From: Klebsormidium nitens | Taxonomy: Eukaryota > Plantae > Klebsormidiophyceae | Length of the DNA: 64,000 nt | Direction of reading: 5' to 3' | NCBI GenBank assembly: GCA_000708835.1 | Contig: DF237141.1 | Coordinates: forward strand, 87,665-151,664 | Shown: one piece after another, positions 36,801 through 48,774 of the stretch | How positions within the stretch are numbered: position 1 is the stretch's first letter | Layout: each line of letters opens with the position of its first letter | Position numbers and translations under genes: made by a program | The notes under the pieces: generated by a model | Seen by the model: the letters and a program-made list of their open reading frames with translations, nothing else | The model's database searches: none | Told to the model about the DNA's origin: nothing

Positions 36801-38574
36801 CAGAATTTCGAAGTTGTTAAAAGCGCGGTTCTAAGCGACGGCTTCACGTCCCCCGCAGATGGCTTCGTTTCTGCTGTACCTTTCTGACGTGGCGGAGGGT
36901 GGAGAAACGTGCTTCCCCTGCGAGGTGAGCACCCAATCCGCGCGCGATTTTGAAACCTTTCGCGCGTTGTTGGCTTCGTTCTGCTGTACTTTACGCTCGT
37001 TTTGATCCTTGTTCAAAGCCTTTCTAACGTGGACAAAGGCAGGCCGGAGACGGGCTTCCCCCTGCGAGGTTGCATCCGATTGCGGGCGCGACCCAGAGGG
37101 ATGATCCGCGCGCGTTTTGATTTCCTTTCCTAATTTTAATTCCTGGAACACTGAGCGCAATAGGTGGGCCCCATAAAGGCGTCGAATTCTTTGCTTCTCG
37201 AGTACGCGTGCGCCTATGGGCGACCCTGGCTGTGTTTTTGGGGCTGGCTCAGAACTGCGAGAAATCGCATGGCCAGCTTCAATCCGAGACGGGGATTCTT
37301 GCGCTTATACAAGGGAAGGATTGGATATCGATAGGAAAAATATCGATAGATCTCCAATGGATATTCTCAGCCGTGGCGCCGTTGTTCTGAACTAGATCAG
37401 TGGTTTGATGGGTTTTGCCTCGAGGTTTCGCCCGTTTGACTTGAGGCTTTTGGGGTTCTGCTTGATCAAAGAGCATGATCTGGAATCTCGACAACGCTTA
37501 CCTCAGGCCTTGAGAACTTGAGTGCAAATTGACGGTTATAAATCCAAAAAAAAGTCTTAAAAATACAAAGTTACGGTTATAAAATATGAAAGACATTTTT
37601 TTCAAAAGATTTTTTCAATTTCATCATTTTTAAAAAGATTTTTTCAATATTATCTTTACTACTCAACATAGGCCACCGCGAGATCGACATTTACTCCCGT
37701 AAAACCAATATTGACTCCCGCAAAAGCCAACATTGACTCTAGCACTCCGCTTGGTGCAGAACGGCGACGAGGCGGATAGCGACTGCGACGGGTTTGCGGG
37801 GTTCAAGGTCAAGCCGCGCAAGGGCGACGCGCTCCTGTTCTACACCTTCCGGCCCGACGGGACGCACGACGAGGTAAAGACGTCAGAAAGCTTATTTTCT
37901 CAAGCTCGTCCTTTCCATTTTGACTTTTAGTGCATCTGGCTTGACATGTTTTCCTATAATAACTTTGAAGTTTGAGACCTGAGCGGCCGTCGCGGTAGCT
38001 TCGACGTGCAACGTCTGCTTTTGACGTCGCTTCACGAGCGCTTGTAAGAGAATCTGGTGTTGCGACAGGAACGGCGGTGGGCATTTTTCATTCTATACTC
38101 GCACTTTTGATCCGCTGCAAGCACGTTTTTCGGCACAGGCGCCTGTTGATACACGCACCACTACCTACGGTGAATGAGGTAACGCAAATCTAACTCTGTG
38201 ATTGGGTTGCGGTAGTCTTCATTCAGCTGTCTGAGCCACTCGAATAGTGAACGGAAGAAAGACTGACGGCTGCTATGACAACGTCTGCGTGCGTCCGCGA
38301 AAATTTTGCTCCTCAGTCTGTAAGAGATACTTCATGTTATCTCTTGGAGTAAACTGAATGCAGGTATCGGTCGATATACCCAGTTGTGCACATGGAGCTT
38401 GCTTCCGTTCTTGTACATGATCCAAATGTAACATATCGCGCGATGTTAGCCGCGATTCAATGCGCTTTCATTCATTCTCTGCTTTTGCAGGCTTCCCTCC
38501 ACTGTAGCTGCCCGGTGGTCCGAGGGGAGAAGTGGGTAGCAACCAAATGGATTCATGAGAAGCCGGTCTACTGA
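33813..38574 (+). CDS. P4H: Prolyl 4-hydroxylase alpha-like 2OG-Fe(II) dioxygenase
   Basis: Exons 33813-34202, 34893-35044, 35532-35634, 36089-36181, 36859-36924, 37760-37873, 38491-38574. Motifs VLSFKPRALLYHGF, EFNVLRYEIGQKYTAHFD (HxD), MASFLLYLSDVAEGGETCFP, KPRKGDALLFY, SLHCSCPVVRGEKWVATKWIH (distal His and 2OG-binding Lys). Start uncertain: an acceptor (ttttcag, 33803-33809) lies just before the ATG. Confidence 0.88.
34478..34822 (+). repeat. Three acceptor-side echoes of P4H exon 34893-35044
   Basis: aagccgcgcgc core at ~34492, 34631 and 34767 versus the live exon at ~34905. Confidence 0.85.
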
Positions 38575-40831
38575 AGGTCGAAGGCAACCGGAGTCCCAAA
38601 CGCCGTCCGTACAGCAGATCTCCTTCTTTTGCAAGAAGATCGCGGTCGAATACATGAGATGGCATTAGGCGACAGCTTGACGCTGAATGAAGTCGGTCTC
38701 TCGGCCTGCAAAGACTGGGCCACTCAAGTACGGATGCCTGCGTTATTCATTTTGCCCATCGTGTTTCGAGCCGTATCAGAATCTTAGCCGCCTACTGCAG
38801 CAATGCGTCACTGCATCAATGGGCTGAATTCTAAAACCAATAGAAGCCAACAAAGGGAGCTTTTTGTTGTCAACATGAACACGACGTATAAAAGTCCATC
38901 GGCCATACCGCGAAATAAAGACCGCATTGGCACGAACTTCTCAAAAGTATATATTCGTGGCCGAAAGCTGACACTGACATACTTAGACGTCTAGAATATT
39001 GTCGAATAGTCGATGATGCTACAACTAGGCGAAAGAAGCCACTTTTGCATATGAGTCTAGTACAAGTCAACTCATCCCTTAGACGACTGATCCAACTCCT
39101 CTTTTGAGAGTCAGTATAATTAGCTAGGCAGCATAGGGCCACGACGGTCAGACAGCGGGGCCTTCAACCCTAAAACCTTGAAAGCCTTGAAATGCTATTG
39201 GAGCTGAACCGCTTTCGGGCTTCAGGTGTTTCAGGGGGCGGTTCTTGCAGTTCCAGATTCAATGAGTGGTCGAGTCTCGACTCTCGTGGCTCTCGCCTCG
39301 CTCGGTTTACTTGGTCAATGATTGCGGCAATGATTGTGTAAAAAGAGCACATCCGAAAGTGTCCCATCCGAACTTTTCGTTAACGTTACGGGCGGGGCCC
39401 GCGGGAGGTCCCGGTTAGGACAGCCGGGCCAGGATTTGGACAAAAATACGTTGAAATGAACGGCCGGTACGGTACCCCGGCCGGTCCTTTACGTACCGCC
39501 TACGCATGGATAGTCAAATCTCACCCGGTCCGTCTGGTCAGCGGTGTGCCGGTGGCGTCATGACCCGCGAGAATCGCGCCCGGCTGGGATAAAAGTGGTC
39601 AAAAGAAACCCTGTTTAGTAACCCGAGAGAATAGAGTGCTTCGCTGGTCCACCAAATAGGGTTTCTCCTTGACCCAGCTCAGGCAGCGTATCTGTATCAA
39701 TGTGACAAGCCTGAAGCACGAAACACGGAGGGTGAAAGTGGAAGGGTACAGAACTGGAAGGAAGGAGAAACTGGCAGGGTGGAACTGGAAGTGGAACTTG
39801 AAGAAGAAGTCTGGAAGGGGCATGGTCATTGTTCCCACGAAGAGGTAGCTGGTACTAAGGTCGCTTCTTCAGCCGGATCTTAGGAAAGACCCTCAACTTA
39901 GGTGCTCGATAATCTTCAAAGAGCTGCGGCAGTTTCACAGCCATATGATAGACGTTGAGTTCAATGTGGGATCTGCTTGTTTTCGCAGAAAGCAGTGAGC
40001 TAGCTGAACATCAGCGGTGCCTTGTCTTGTCCGGGTGCCGGTACTTCAGGTGAGTATATTTCTTCTATCCACAACTTTGCAAACCTCTTGCGTTGGATAA
40101 GTGGCTTGCCAGAATTTTCCAGGACACTGCATGGCTGTTGAAATCTCTGCTCGCGTTTCTTGCGATCGTGCAGTCCCGTTGGTGGTATCGCGTTTGCTTC
40201 CGCTTAGCTGTGAATAATGCGAAACATGATGCCGCTGACAATGTTAAAAGTGGTGGCATCAACTCAGGATCTGTGAAGATCCTGTTGTATGTAAAGGTGC
40301 TTGCTGGTTGTTGGTGGCCCCTCTAGCTGGCCGTCGATGAGAATGTGGTCTGTGCTTAATTTTCTGCATATAATGTGATTAAACACAGAAAGCTGAGCTT
40401 AAATCTATAGTTTGTGTTTGACGCAGCTCCTTCTGAGCAGCTTGCCGGTTCTAGACAGATTGGGAAGCCTAAAGGTTAGAAACTTAGTCAAATCTAGACG
40501 AATTAACTAACCCTGACTAACGTTTAAGCTCCCCCATCCTAGTAAGAGTGGCACGTTGCTTGAAAGCGCTGTCCCTCTCACCTTCTAACAAGGCCAGCGC
40601 TCTCACAGCCTGCTTTCGCAAGCCGCTACTTCAAATTTAACATCCGCTCCGTCTCCAGGCTCCAGAGAGCCCCGTCTACAAGCTGACCACAACACTTTTG
40701 CAAAGCTTCCAAGCCACTACTTTAAACGTGACCTCTGCTCATATTTCAGGGATCAGAAGAACCCCATCTACAAGCCGACAGCAACGACTTAACACCAGAT
40801 GCGGGAATGAGCAGCGCCTCCCTCCAACAAG

Positions 40832-43800
40832 ATGTTATCGTCGCTGCGGAAGAAGCACCCATCCTCGTTCTTCTCCCTGCGGTGCTTCTCGCTGTTCCGC
40901 ATCGTGATCGGGATCCTGCTGTCAGCTCACATCCTCCTCCATCTGCGTCACTCGCACGTCTTATCTCTAGAAGGCCAGACGGACGCATTAGGTGAGGGTT
41001 TATCGAGCAATTTAAATATGTTGTTAAGATTGCGGCCTTGTAGAAATGCCATCAATTTGTCAGCGACAGTGTTTTGCAACAGTTGGCAACTTCTCTGCTT
41101 GTCCAGCTTTTGAGAGCCGCAGCTGGACTCAGAAGCGTTTCCCTTCAGATTGTCAATCCTACGCAGTTCTGGGTTCTGTTTAGCCTGTTTCGGAGTAGGA
41201 GGCTTGTTGTACCGTAAGATTTCAAAGGTTTCACTCGCTTTGGTTGAGAAGAGTACTTACGATACGTTTGCGTGGCTTGCAATGAAAGGCTGCCATCGCT
41301 CGCCAGTGCCGTGTTGAAGAATATCAGCGGCCTGCTAATCGCAGGTGTCAACGCTCGGCTTCAGGCTTCCTGGTTCGTCTGATCATATCTTTTGGACAGG
41401 TCTCTGTATGACAACATCAAGCATGATCATTTTCATCTTTAGCTCAGCTATTCTAGATGGGGCTGTCATAGAGGTTTCTTGCATACCCTAAGGACGAAGT
41501 GTGCCAGTCTCGGCACCAGAGGTCTTGAGCTGACCATTTTGGGGAGTCTTGTCACGTCAGTTGCAGTGCGACAATCGTTTTAGGTGTTCCACAGGCTCCA
41601 GAAACCGAGAGTGAATAGTAGTGTGTTTGTTGTCTCTCTTGGCTATTCCGTCTCAGCAATTGCTGTCCTCTGACAAGACTCAAAGTTCGTTTTGAGAGAT
41701 GAAGAAATGCCCCTCTTTTACGGCGGAGGAACCTGCTACAAAGAAGGACAGCCGTTTCGCCTTGATGCTTGTAGTCCTTCATAGCATGTTGGTCCTTTCT
41801 CCATGGACTGCTGTCCGCTCAATGATGCTCGTTCTCAGTACCAGAATCCAGACAACCAAGTGTTGTCATCCGCATCGCAGGTGACGATGACTTTGACAGA
41901 GGTGCCACAAGCTCACCGTCCCGCTTCGGGCAAGCCGCTAAGCTCGTGGGATCTTTTCTGCCGAAGACCAGAGCTGGGAACGCCGTTCCGAAAAGCGCGC
42001 AATCTAGACGCGCACTTTTTGGGGATTTTGTGAATGGCCTTACCGGGGGGAAGCATGCGGGGGTGTCTGAGGGGGGGGTTGGCAAGGGGCGCCAAGCGGG
42101 GGGCAAACAGGGTGAGCTGACTTTGTCCCCCCTTGACAAGGAAAACGAAAAAGCTGGTTCGCTGCCTGACTCCCAGGGGGGTGGTACTGGTAGCTCAAAT
42201 GACCCCCAGGAAGAGGCGAAAACGGGGGCAGGGGTTGAAGGGGGCGAGGAGGAGACGTCAAGGGATCCCCCTGGAGAGGGAGCTTCACAGGAGGGGGAGT
42301 CGGAAGAGGAGCAAACAGACCTCCCAAGGGAGGACCCGCTAATGGGTGTGCTGTCACCGGAGGATAATGAAGAGCTCCAGCAGATCGAGGGGTTGCTGGA
42401 GTATGAGATCTACGTCGCAGATAGGGCGGCAGCAGGCGACTTTGATGAGGGAGAACTAGACCGGGAAGAGGAGCCGTCCGGACCGGTATCGACAGAGAAG
42501 CATTGCTTTGGGGGGGGCTGCGCGAGCAGTGGAAAATCTGAGGGGGCTGCGACGGAGAGCGCGAGTGCGGCAACGCAGGGGAGCGATGCTGATTCAGAGG
42601 ATGAGCAGGCGTCAGAGAAGCATGGAAAGGACGGAGAAGGGTTCGAGCCTGTTGACGAGCGGCAGTCTACGGACGGACGGGCTTTAGAGGTGCAAGAAAA
42701 GGACGGGGCAGAGGTTGCGTCTTTGGAGAAGGCCGGGAAAGAAGAGCGTGAGTTGGAAGAGTCTGATACCGATGCAGCGTCGGGGGAGGCCGATGAACCC
42801 GACTCAGAGGTTTCTGAGAGTGGGGATGTTCAGACGGGGAGTGACAAGAAGAACGCCGAAGAAACTCTCAAAGAAGCTCCTGTTGTTGCGAAACCCGAAA
42901 CCGACAAGTTGAGTAAGAGCCGAGGGGCCTTCGAGGGCCCCCTCTCGTCGGATGACGTCAGAGACCCAAAGCGGCGGCGCGCGCTGCTGCAAAAGAAGAT
43001 CGACGAGCAGCTCAAGCCGTACAAAAAGGGGGGGTTCACGTTTGCTGACGTGGCAGCGCAGAAGGAGAAGAACCGGATGAGCACGCACTTCATCATTGAG
43101 CCGGGGAATATTACTCTGCTCAAGGATCCGGCCGAGTTGAGCGACAACTGGAGCTACTGGTTTAGGTGAGGCTGTGGTTGGTAATCCATTCTCATGACTT
43201 CGGAAACGCTGAACTGCTTGAAAGCGGGCTTGCTTTCCAACTTCGCGCTTGCGCCTTCTACGCGCGTAGCCGCGGGGTTCGGACTAGACTCTCATTGCAC
43301 TGGAAAGTGTTGAGCTGCTGTCCACAGTATACGACGACTCAATGAGTCTTGCTTTCAGAGTATATTAGCGGATAAGTGGGAACAGTGCAACACCCTCTGT
43401 TGCTCGGACTTTTGATTTTGGAGCTCGCCAGAGGGCAGCAATTGCTGTTGCCCTGGGTCAACAGATTTTGTTCACAGCAGGGCTTGTGAAGGCTTCGCAT
43501 CAAAACGTACGCCAGGAGATTGTCCAAGTCCCAGCATCGCCTTTATTGCTCGCGTCTGCAAGCCAGGATGAGCGATTGGGGCCGAACTTTTCTGCTGTGG
43601 TCACCTGATGCAGCATATATTCTGGCCCTTACCTTCAACACAACAACGATTCATTATTGCTCGGACGGAATCTGCATTGTCATTGCCGAACGCTGAGATG
43701 TCTCTGAAGTAAGGACCAAGCAATCACGCGGTTTCTTTGACGCTGACTGTTGCAGTTTGCCTTGCACAACCGAAGCTTGTTGTTGAATCGCCCGAAAGTC

Positions 43801-46620
43801 CTCTTGCTTCTTTCTGCTCTCTGCATGCTACTCCACTTTGCTCGGACTCTCAAAACCTTTCCCTCGGCCCCCTGTTTCGTGCTTAGTCTCATGCGACCAA
43901 CATCGCCGTCTACGATGAAGCATCGCTCTTCACTTCTGTGCTCACCCACGTTCTCACCTTTCGGCAGAGCCGATCAGGTTCGGCAGATCTTCCAAAAGCT
44001 GAGCAAACAGGGGCGAATGCCCCACCACGTGGAGTTGGTTCCTTGAATTTTATTTCAACCCTCCTCAGCCGCTACTAACCCATGTTTTTTCTGCTCTCGG
44101 CAGGGCCGATCAGGTTCGGCAGATCTTCCAAAAGCTAAGCGAACAGAAGCGCATCCCCGACCATGTGGAAATCGTGGTCAACATAGAGGCCTCCCCCCGG
44201 TTGCTTCGCTCGGAGGGATCCCCCGACCTGCCCCCGGTTCTCAGTTACTGTTCGACGGCGGACCACTACGATCTGATTGGCGTGGGGTATCAGTACCACC
44301 GGTGTCTCATGAAAGAAGAGTACGCCAACGACGAGATGTGTAAAAAACAACGGTGGAACCCGGAAGCGATCCGGAAAGAGCACCCCTGGAAAAAGCGAAT
44401 GGATACGGCGCTGTGGCGTGGGTCTCCAACGGGTGAGCACGAATCAAACTTCGTCCTTCTTGTCTGAATCTTGAGTCTTTGCTTCGGACAAACAAGTGTG
44501 GTCTTGCTTGTCCAAAACGAGCTTCGCGTTCGTTGTGTGTCTACCCTCGTGGAGTTTCACGCCATGCTAGATGGAGCAGTTTTGAACGTTCATCTAGTGG
44601 ACCATTTCCGGTTTCAGTCGCTTGAAAATGAGGGACTTTCGGAGTGCGTGAAACCTCTCTTCCTCGGTGCTTGTTTGATCAACCTGTACGCATAACGTGA
44701 CATCGAGCAGGCTTGCTACCCTCTGACTGAGCATTAATCCCTAACAAACGGCTCCTCTCGGATTCAATGGCACTTTATGTGAAGCCCTCCCGCTCAAAGA
44801 GATCAAGTTCGTTCCGTTCTGCCTGCAGGCGGGTTGTACCGGATTGAAGACTGGAAGGAGAAGCCGCGGAGCCGGCTCGTGATTATGTCCAAAACCTATC
44901 CCGACGTGCTGGACGCTATGTTCACGCCGTGCTCCGATGGGCAGTGCACGAAGGACGGCGCAGCTGCGATTGGCGAGGTGAGCGATCCCGAGCAGCTTTG
45001 GAGTGTGCACTAAAGTGTAGAATTAGAGGTATCCTATGTCAATCGGAGCTATTTGAGCAACTCGCGAGCTCCTTCAAAGTTCCTTGAAAGTGTGCACGAA
45101 ACCTGGTTTGAAAGCAAGTTATGGAGGAAATTTTGGTTGTGTGCGTTCGGTTCGCGAGGGCGGTCGAACCAGACTGCCAGCTGTGTGCCGTCCCGATCTG
45201 TTACAGTCCCAGGGAATCAATGGCAAAGTACTCAACAGCTCGCTACGAGCTGACCAAGGGTCACATCCTTCTTCGGCGTCCTTCTTCAATCATTAGCTGG
45301 TCAGGAAAACGCTCAATGATTCGTGTACAAATTCTAGTTGTTGCATCTGTCTCATGTGTCTCTTTTTGACCGGGACCTGAGTTAAGCTGAGCGGCTGGCT
45401 CAGGGTAAACGTAACCAGTCCTCAACCCTGTCTAGTGACTGAGTCTCAATCCTGTCTACTCACTGAGTCTTTCCCTTTGTTCTCCCTTCGTAACCAGGAG
45501 CTGGGTTACGCTGACCGGCTGGCTAATTTCACGGACTACGTGCATCACAAGTACCTGGTGGACATCGACGGGGAATCGTGGAGCTCGCGCTTCTTCCAAC
45601 TGCTCGCGTCGGGGGCGACCATTTTCAAGCAGGTGGGCGCTCATTGGTCGCCCTTGATCCTTTTCCGATTGAGAGCGATCGTTGTTTTCCACTCCAGATC
45701 ACGGTCGCGACACCCTTGCTCTTCTCAGGACTAGTTCAACTCTTTACTTCCCCGAAGTTGATGATTCGCCAGTGCTTTCCGTCTGTTTGTGAGCGGTTAG
45801 TGCAAGCAATTTCTAACGTGATCCATCCAACCCAGGGTACACACGCTTCCACGATGATAGCGATGTTTGTTTGACAGCCGTGACGTTTCGGGGAGACGCT
45901 GCGGAGAAGGGAACGTGGATTGAAAGCTGTGGCACCTGCCTCCATTTTCAGCACTCCGGGAAAGTCTAGCTCGGCTGTCGCTGACGTCAGCAAGGCTTTT
46001 CTCTGCTTGAGGTCCGTTTGCTTTCGAGTAGCTATGAAGGAGCAGGAGACCGATGGAGGACCGGTTTGCCACCTCAATCAGTCGCGTTATCTTTGCCGTT
46101 AGTGCGTACCCTTAGCATCTCCCTCTCCATCCGCTTCGCTAACAAAAGATGCTTCATCAACTCTACGCCCCTCAAATCACGTCAATACCCGAGGACCCGA
46201 GGACCCAGAAAACATAAGCACCCCGAAACCCGAGGATCCAGAAACCATAAACACCCCGAAACCCGAGGATCTAGAAACCATAAGCACCCCGAAACCCGCG
46301 ACCATAAAATCTGACGACGATCATAAACCCTGACGACGGTCCCCCCCGTGTTGGTGCAGTCCACCCACTACCGCGAGTTTTCCGACTTCTTCTTCGAAGC
46401 GGGGAAGCACTACGAGCGGTACGCCAAGGATCTCGGCGACCTGCTCCCTCTGCTCCAGGGGGCGGAGGGTCGCCAAGAAGAGCTCCGGGCCATGGGCGAG
46501 CGGTCCCTCGGGCTGGTCGAGCAGCTGGTCAAGGATGACGTCGTCCTAGAGTATCTGGGCATGTTGCTGACGTCATACACGGAGCTGTTTGCGGAGGAGG
46601 GGGGCGCGAGCGACAGCTGA
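40832..46620 (+). CDS. Glycosyltransferase family 90 (CAP10/KDELC/rumi-like), type II membrane protein with long acidic stem
   Basis: Exons 40832-40991, 41881-43165, 44104-44432, 44829-44977, 45498-45632, 46360-46620, in phase. N-terminal hydrophobic anchor FSLFRIVIGILLSAHILLHL; GT90 motifs PVLSYCST, HPWKKRMDTALWRGSPTG, PRSRLV, HHKYLVDIDGESWSSRFFQLLASGATIFKQ, GKHYERYAKDLGDL. Confidence 0.85.
43960..44045 (+). repeat. Acceptor-side echo of GT90 exon 44104-44432
   Basis: cag|AGCCGATCAGGTTCGGCAGATCTTCCAAAAGCTG at 43965-44001 versus cag|GGCCGATCAGGTTCGGCAGATCTTCCAAAAGCTA at 44101-44137. Confidence 0.92.
46196..46298. repeat. 33-bp intronic minisatellite, 3 full copies plus a partial
   Basis: Unit cccgaggatccagaaaccataagcaccccgaaa starting at 46196, 46229, 46262 and partially at 46295. 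Confidence 0.92.
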
Positions 46621-48149
46621 GGCTGTCGGCCCAAGACGTCATCGTTGTCAAAGGGCGGAATGCGAGGGCGGAATGCGAGACCGGAATGTGCTTGGCGGAT
46701 GCTGGGGGTTTGCGTGGGGTCAGCAGGGCAGCCTGGAAAACGTATAGGGCCATCGAACGCATCTAAGCATGAACTTAAAAGTCAGTACCCTAGAAGCCTC
46801 TGTAAGCTAACCACCTTACTATGAATCGCTAACGTGTTGACGCTTGCTGTTGAAGAGTCGAAGTCCTTGTCGCGTGCTTGCAGGGCACTTACCGAACTTA
46901 GATATAGACTGCCGTTAAAGTCGTCGACTGTTATCCGTAGTGGATATGTGACTCGGCTAAGATAGGACATGTTCAGTAGAAGGACCAAACCCTCGCAGGC
47001 GTACGCTATCCTGGAATCTGCTTAAGTAATATCGAGACCCGCAAGGACGTGCGTACTAGGGATGTGTATGCAATTGGTGTGGAGCGTTGCGGAAATTCCT
47101 TTGCAGCCTGTCCTCGACAGACACGAAAGAGCGCGCAGACCGTGTTGCAAACCCTAAAACAGCCGAGCGAAGCTGAACCTAGTAGTATGCATTGGGACTA
47201 TGCCTCCCATGGTGAAACATAATCGAAATGATCCGTGAATCCTAAGTTAGTTTGCGGGAACTTCGGAATGATGCCGAATATGAACGATACACAGTAGCGA
47301 CGTTGCATATATCCAATACCGGCAATCCATTCATGGCGCATGCCTTTTGCAGGACTGATGATCTAATTCTGTAGTTGCACAAACACGTTCATGCGAACTG
47401 CATGTACAATCCCTTGTATTCAGCTGCACTCCGCCCCATGCCTTTGCAATACGCACGTACGGGCTGTATAAGATAAGTGTCCATTCTGCATGTTACTTTG
47501 TAATCGGACTGAGGTTCCGTGTATGTTACACGCGCGCAACATACATTGACTGCATAGCTGAGAAAAGAGTCTTGCCTGGCTGCGCGGATCGACGGTCGTT
47601 ACGAAGCGCGTGCCACAATAAGAGGTCGCGTGCATATTGGTATGCATTGAAAAACTCCCATGTATACTTGCACAGGACGATTCGATCCGCCGAGTGTACC
47701 GTCTGCATGCTTTCATTATAGAATTTATGTCACTGCAACATATGATTGCCAGGCTGGCACCATGGCGTGTCACTGAAAGCCGAGCTAGTCACTGGCAAGT
47801 ATATTTAGGCTGCCGGTAAACTTAGAGAGTGGGCTCGCTGCAGAACAGGAGAAGACACGCCATGGAGCGGAAGTACGTTAAGGGTCACTCGCTGCATGCA
47901 AGATGTGGCAGTATCTATGGTTACTTGCCTCCGAGGAACGATACTTAGGCGTCAGGAGAATTACGACTTGCTAATGAAAGCTACGGCGGCGTCGCTTGCA
48001 GTACATTGACGTCAGGTAGAACAATATTTGCATCCATGCCAAAACCGTTGCAGCTGCGGATCGACGCCACCGTCCCTCCAACGGTCTGCAATGCTGCATT
48101 TGCCACCACAAACGTAGTTCTCTTCGACTTGAGAGTACGAGGGGTGACA

Positions 48150-48350
48150 TACTGGTAACTCCCATTTCACTAATTGGGAGCCATTTCACTTAAGATCCAA
48201 GCTACCTGGGCAGACAAAATAAAAACCCTAACCGACAGAATCACCCGCTCCGCACCCGAACCCACCCTAACCACCATACCAACCCTACCCGTCTCCCGGG
48301 CGCCTATCCTAAGTGAAATGGCTCTAATGTGAAATGGGAGTTACCAGAGT
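48150..48350. mobile_element. ~200-bp non-autonomous TIR element (MITE), possibly Mutator-type
   Basis: Inverted arms CTGGTAACTCCCATTTCAC..GAGCCATTTCACTTA (48152-48192) and its reverse complement (48310-48347); 10-bp direct repeat AGGGGTGACA at 48140-48149 and 48351-48360. Confidence 0.8.
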
Positions 48351-48774
48351 AGGGGTGACAAGATCAGGTCGCTGATGCCAAAATACAAAGGAAAGTCGGC
48401 TTCTATGATTGTCGAGCGGGCAGCCGATCAATTTATCCCGCCTTTGTCCGGGTGCGGATCCTTTACCTCCGCTCACGGCGTTTCGATGCGAGCTCGCTAC
48501 CTAGGAACTCGGAACCAAGTCCGAGACGTTTGATGCCTAAGTTCTGATCGCTCGTGATTGTTATAAGAACCCCCTATTCACTCATTTTCACAATGCTCGA
48601 CACCTCTTATGCTCTGATCTCTCGCCGTAACACCTACTACATTACTGAATGCACATGATCTCCCCGGCCTACGTTTTGACCCCGCGTATTGCTTCAGTTG
48701 AAAGATCTAGCTAAACCACCTACCTTGTGGTAACAAGGTAACCACTACTAACCTGGTATAACTAACTTACACTT

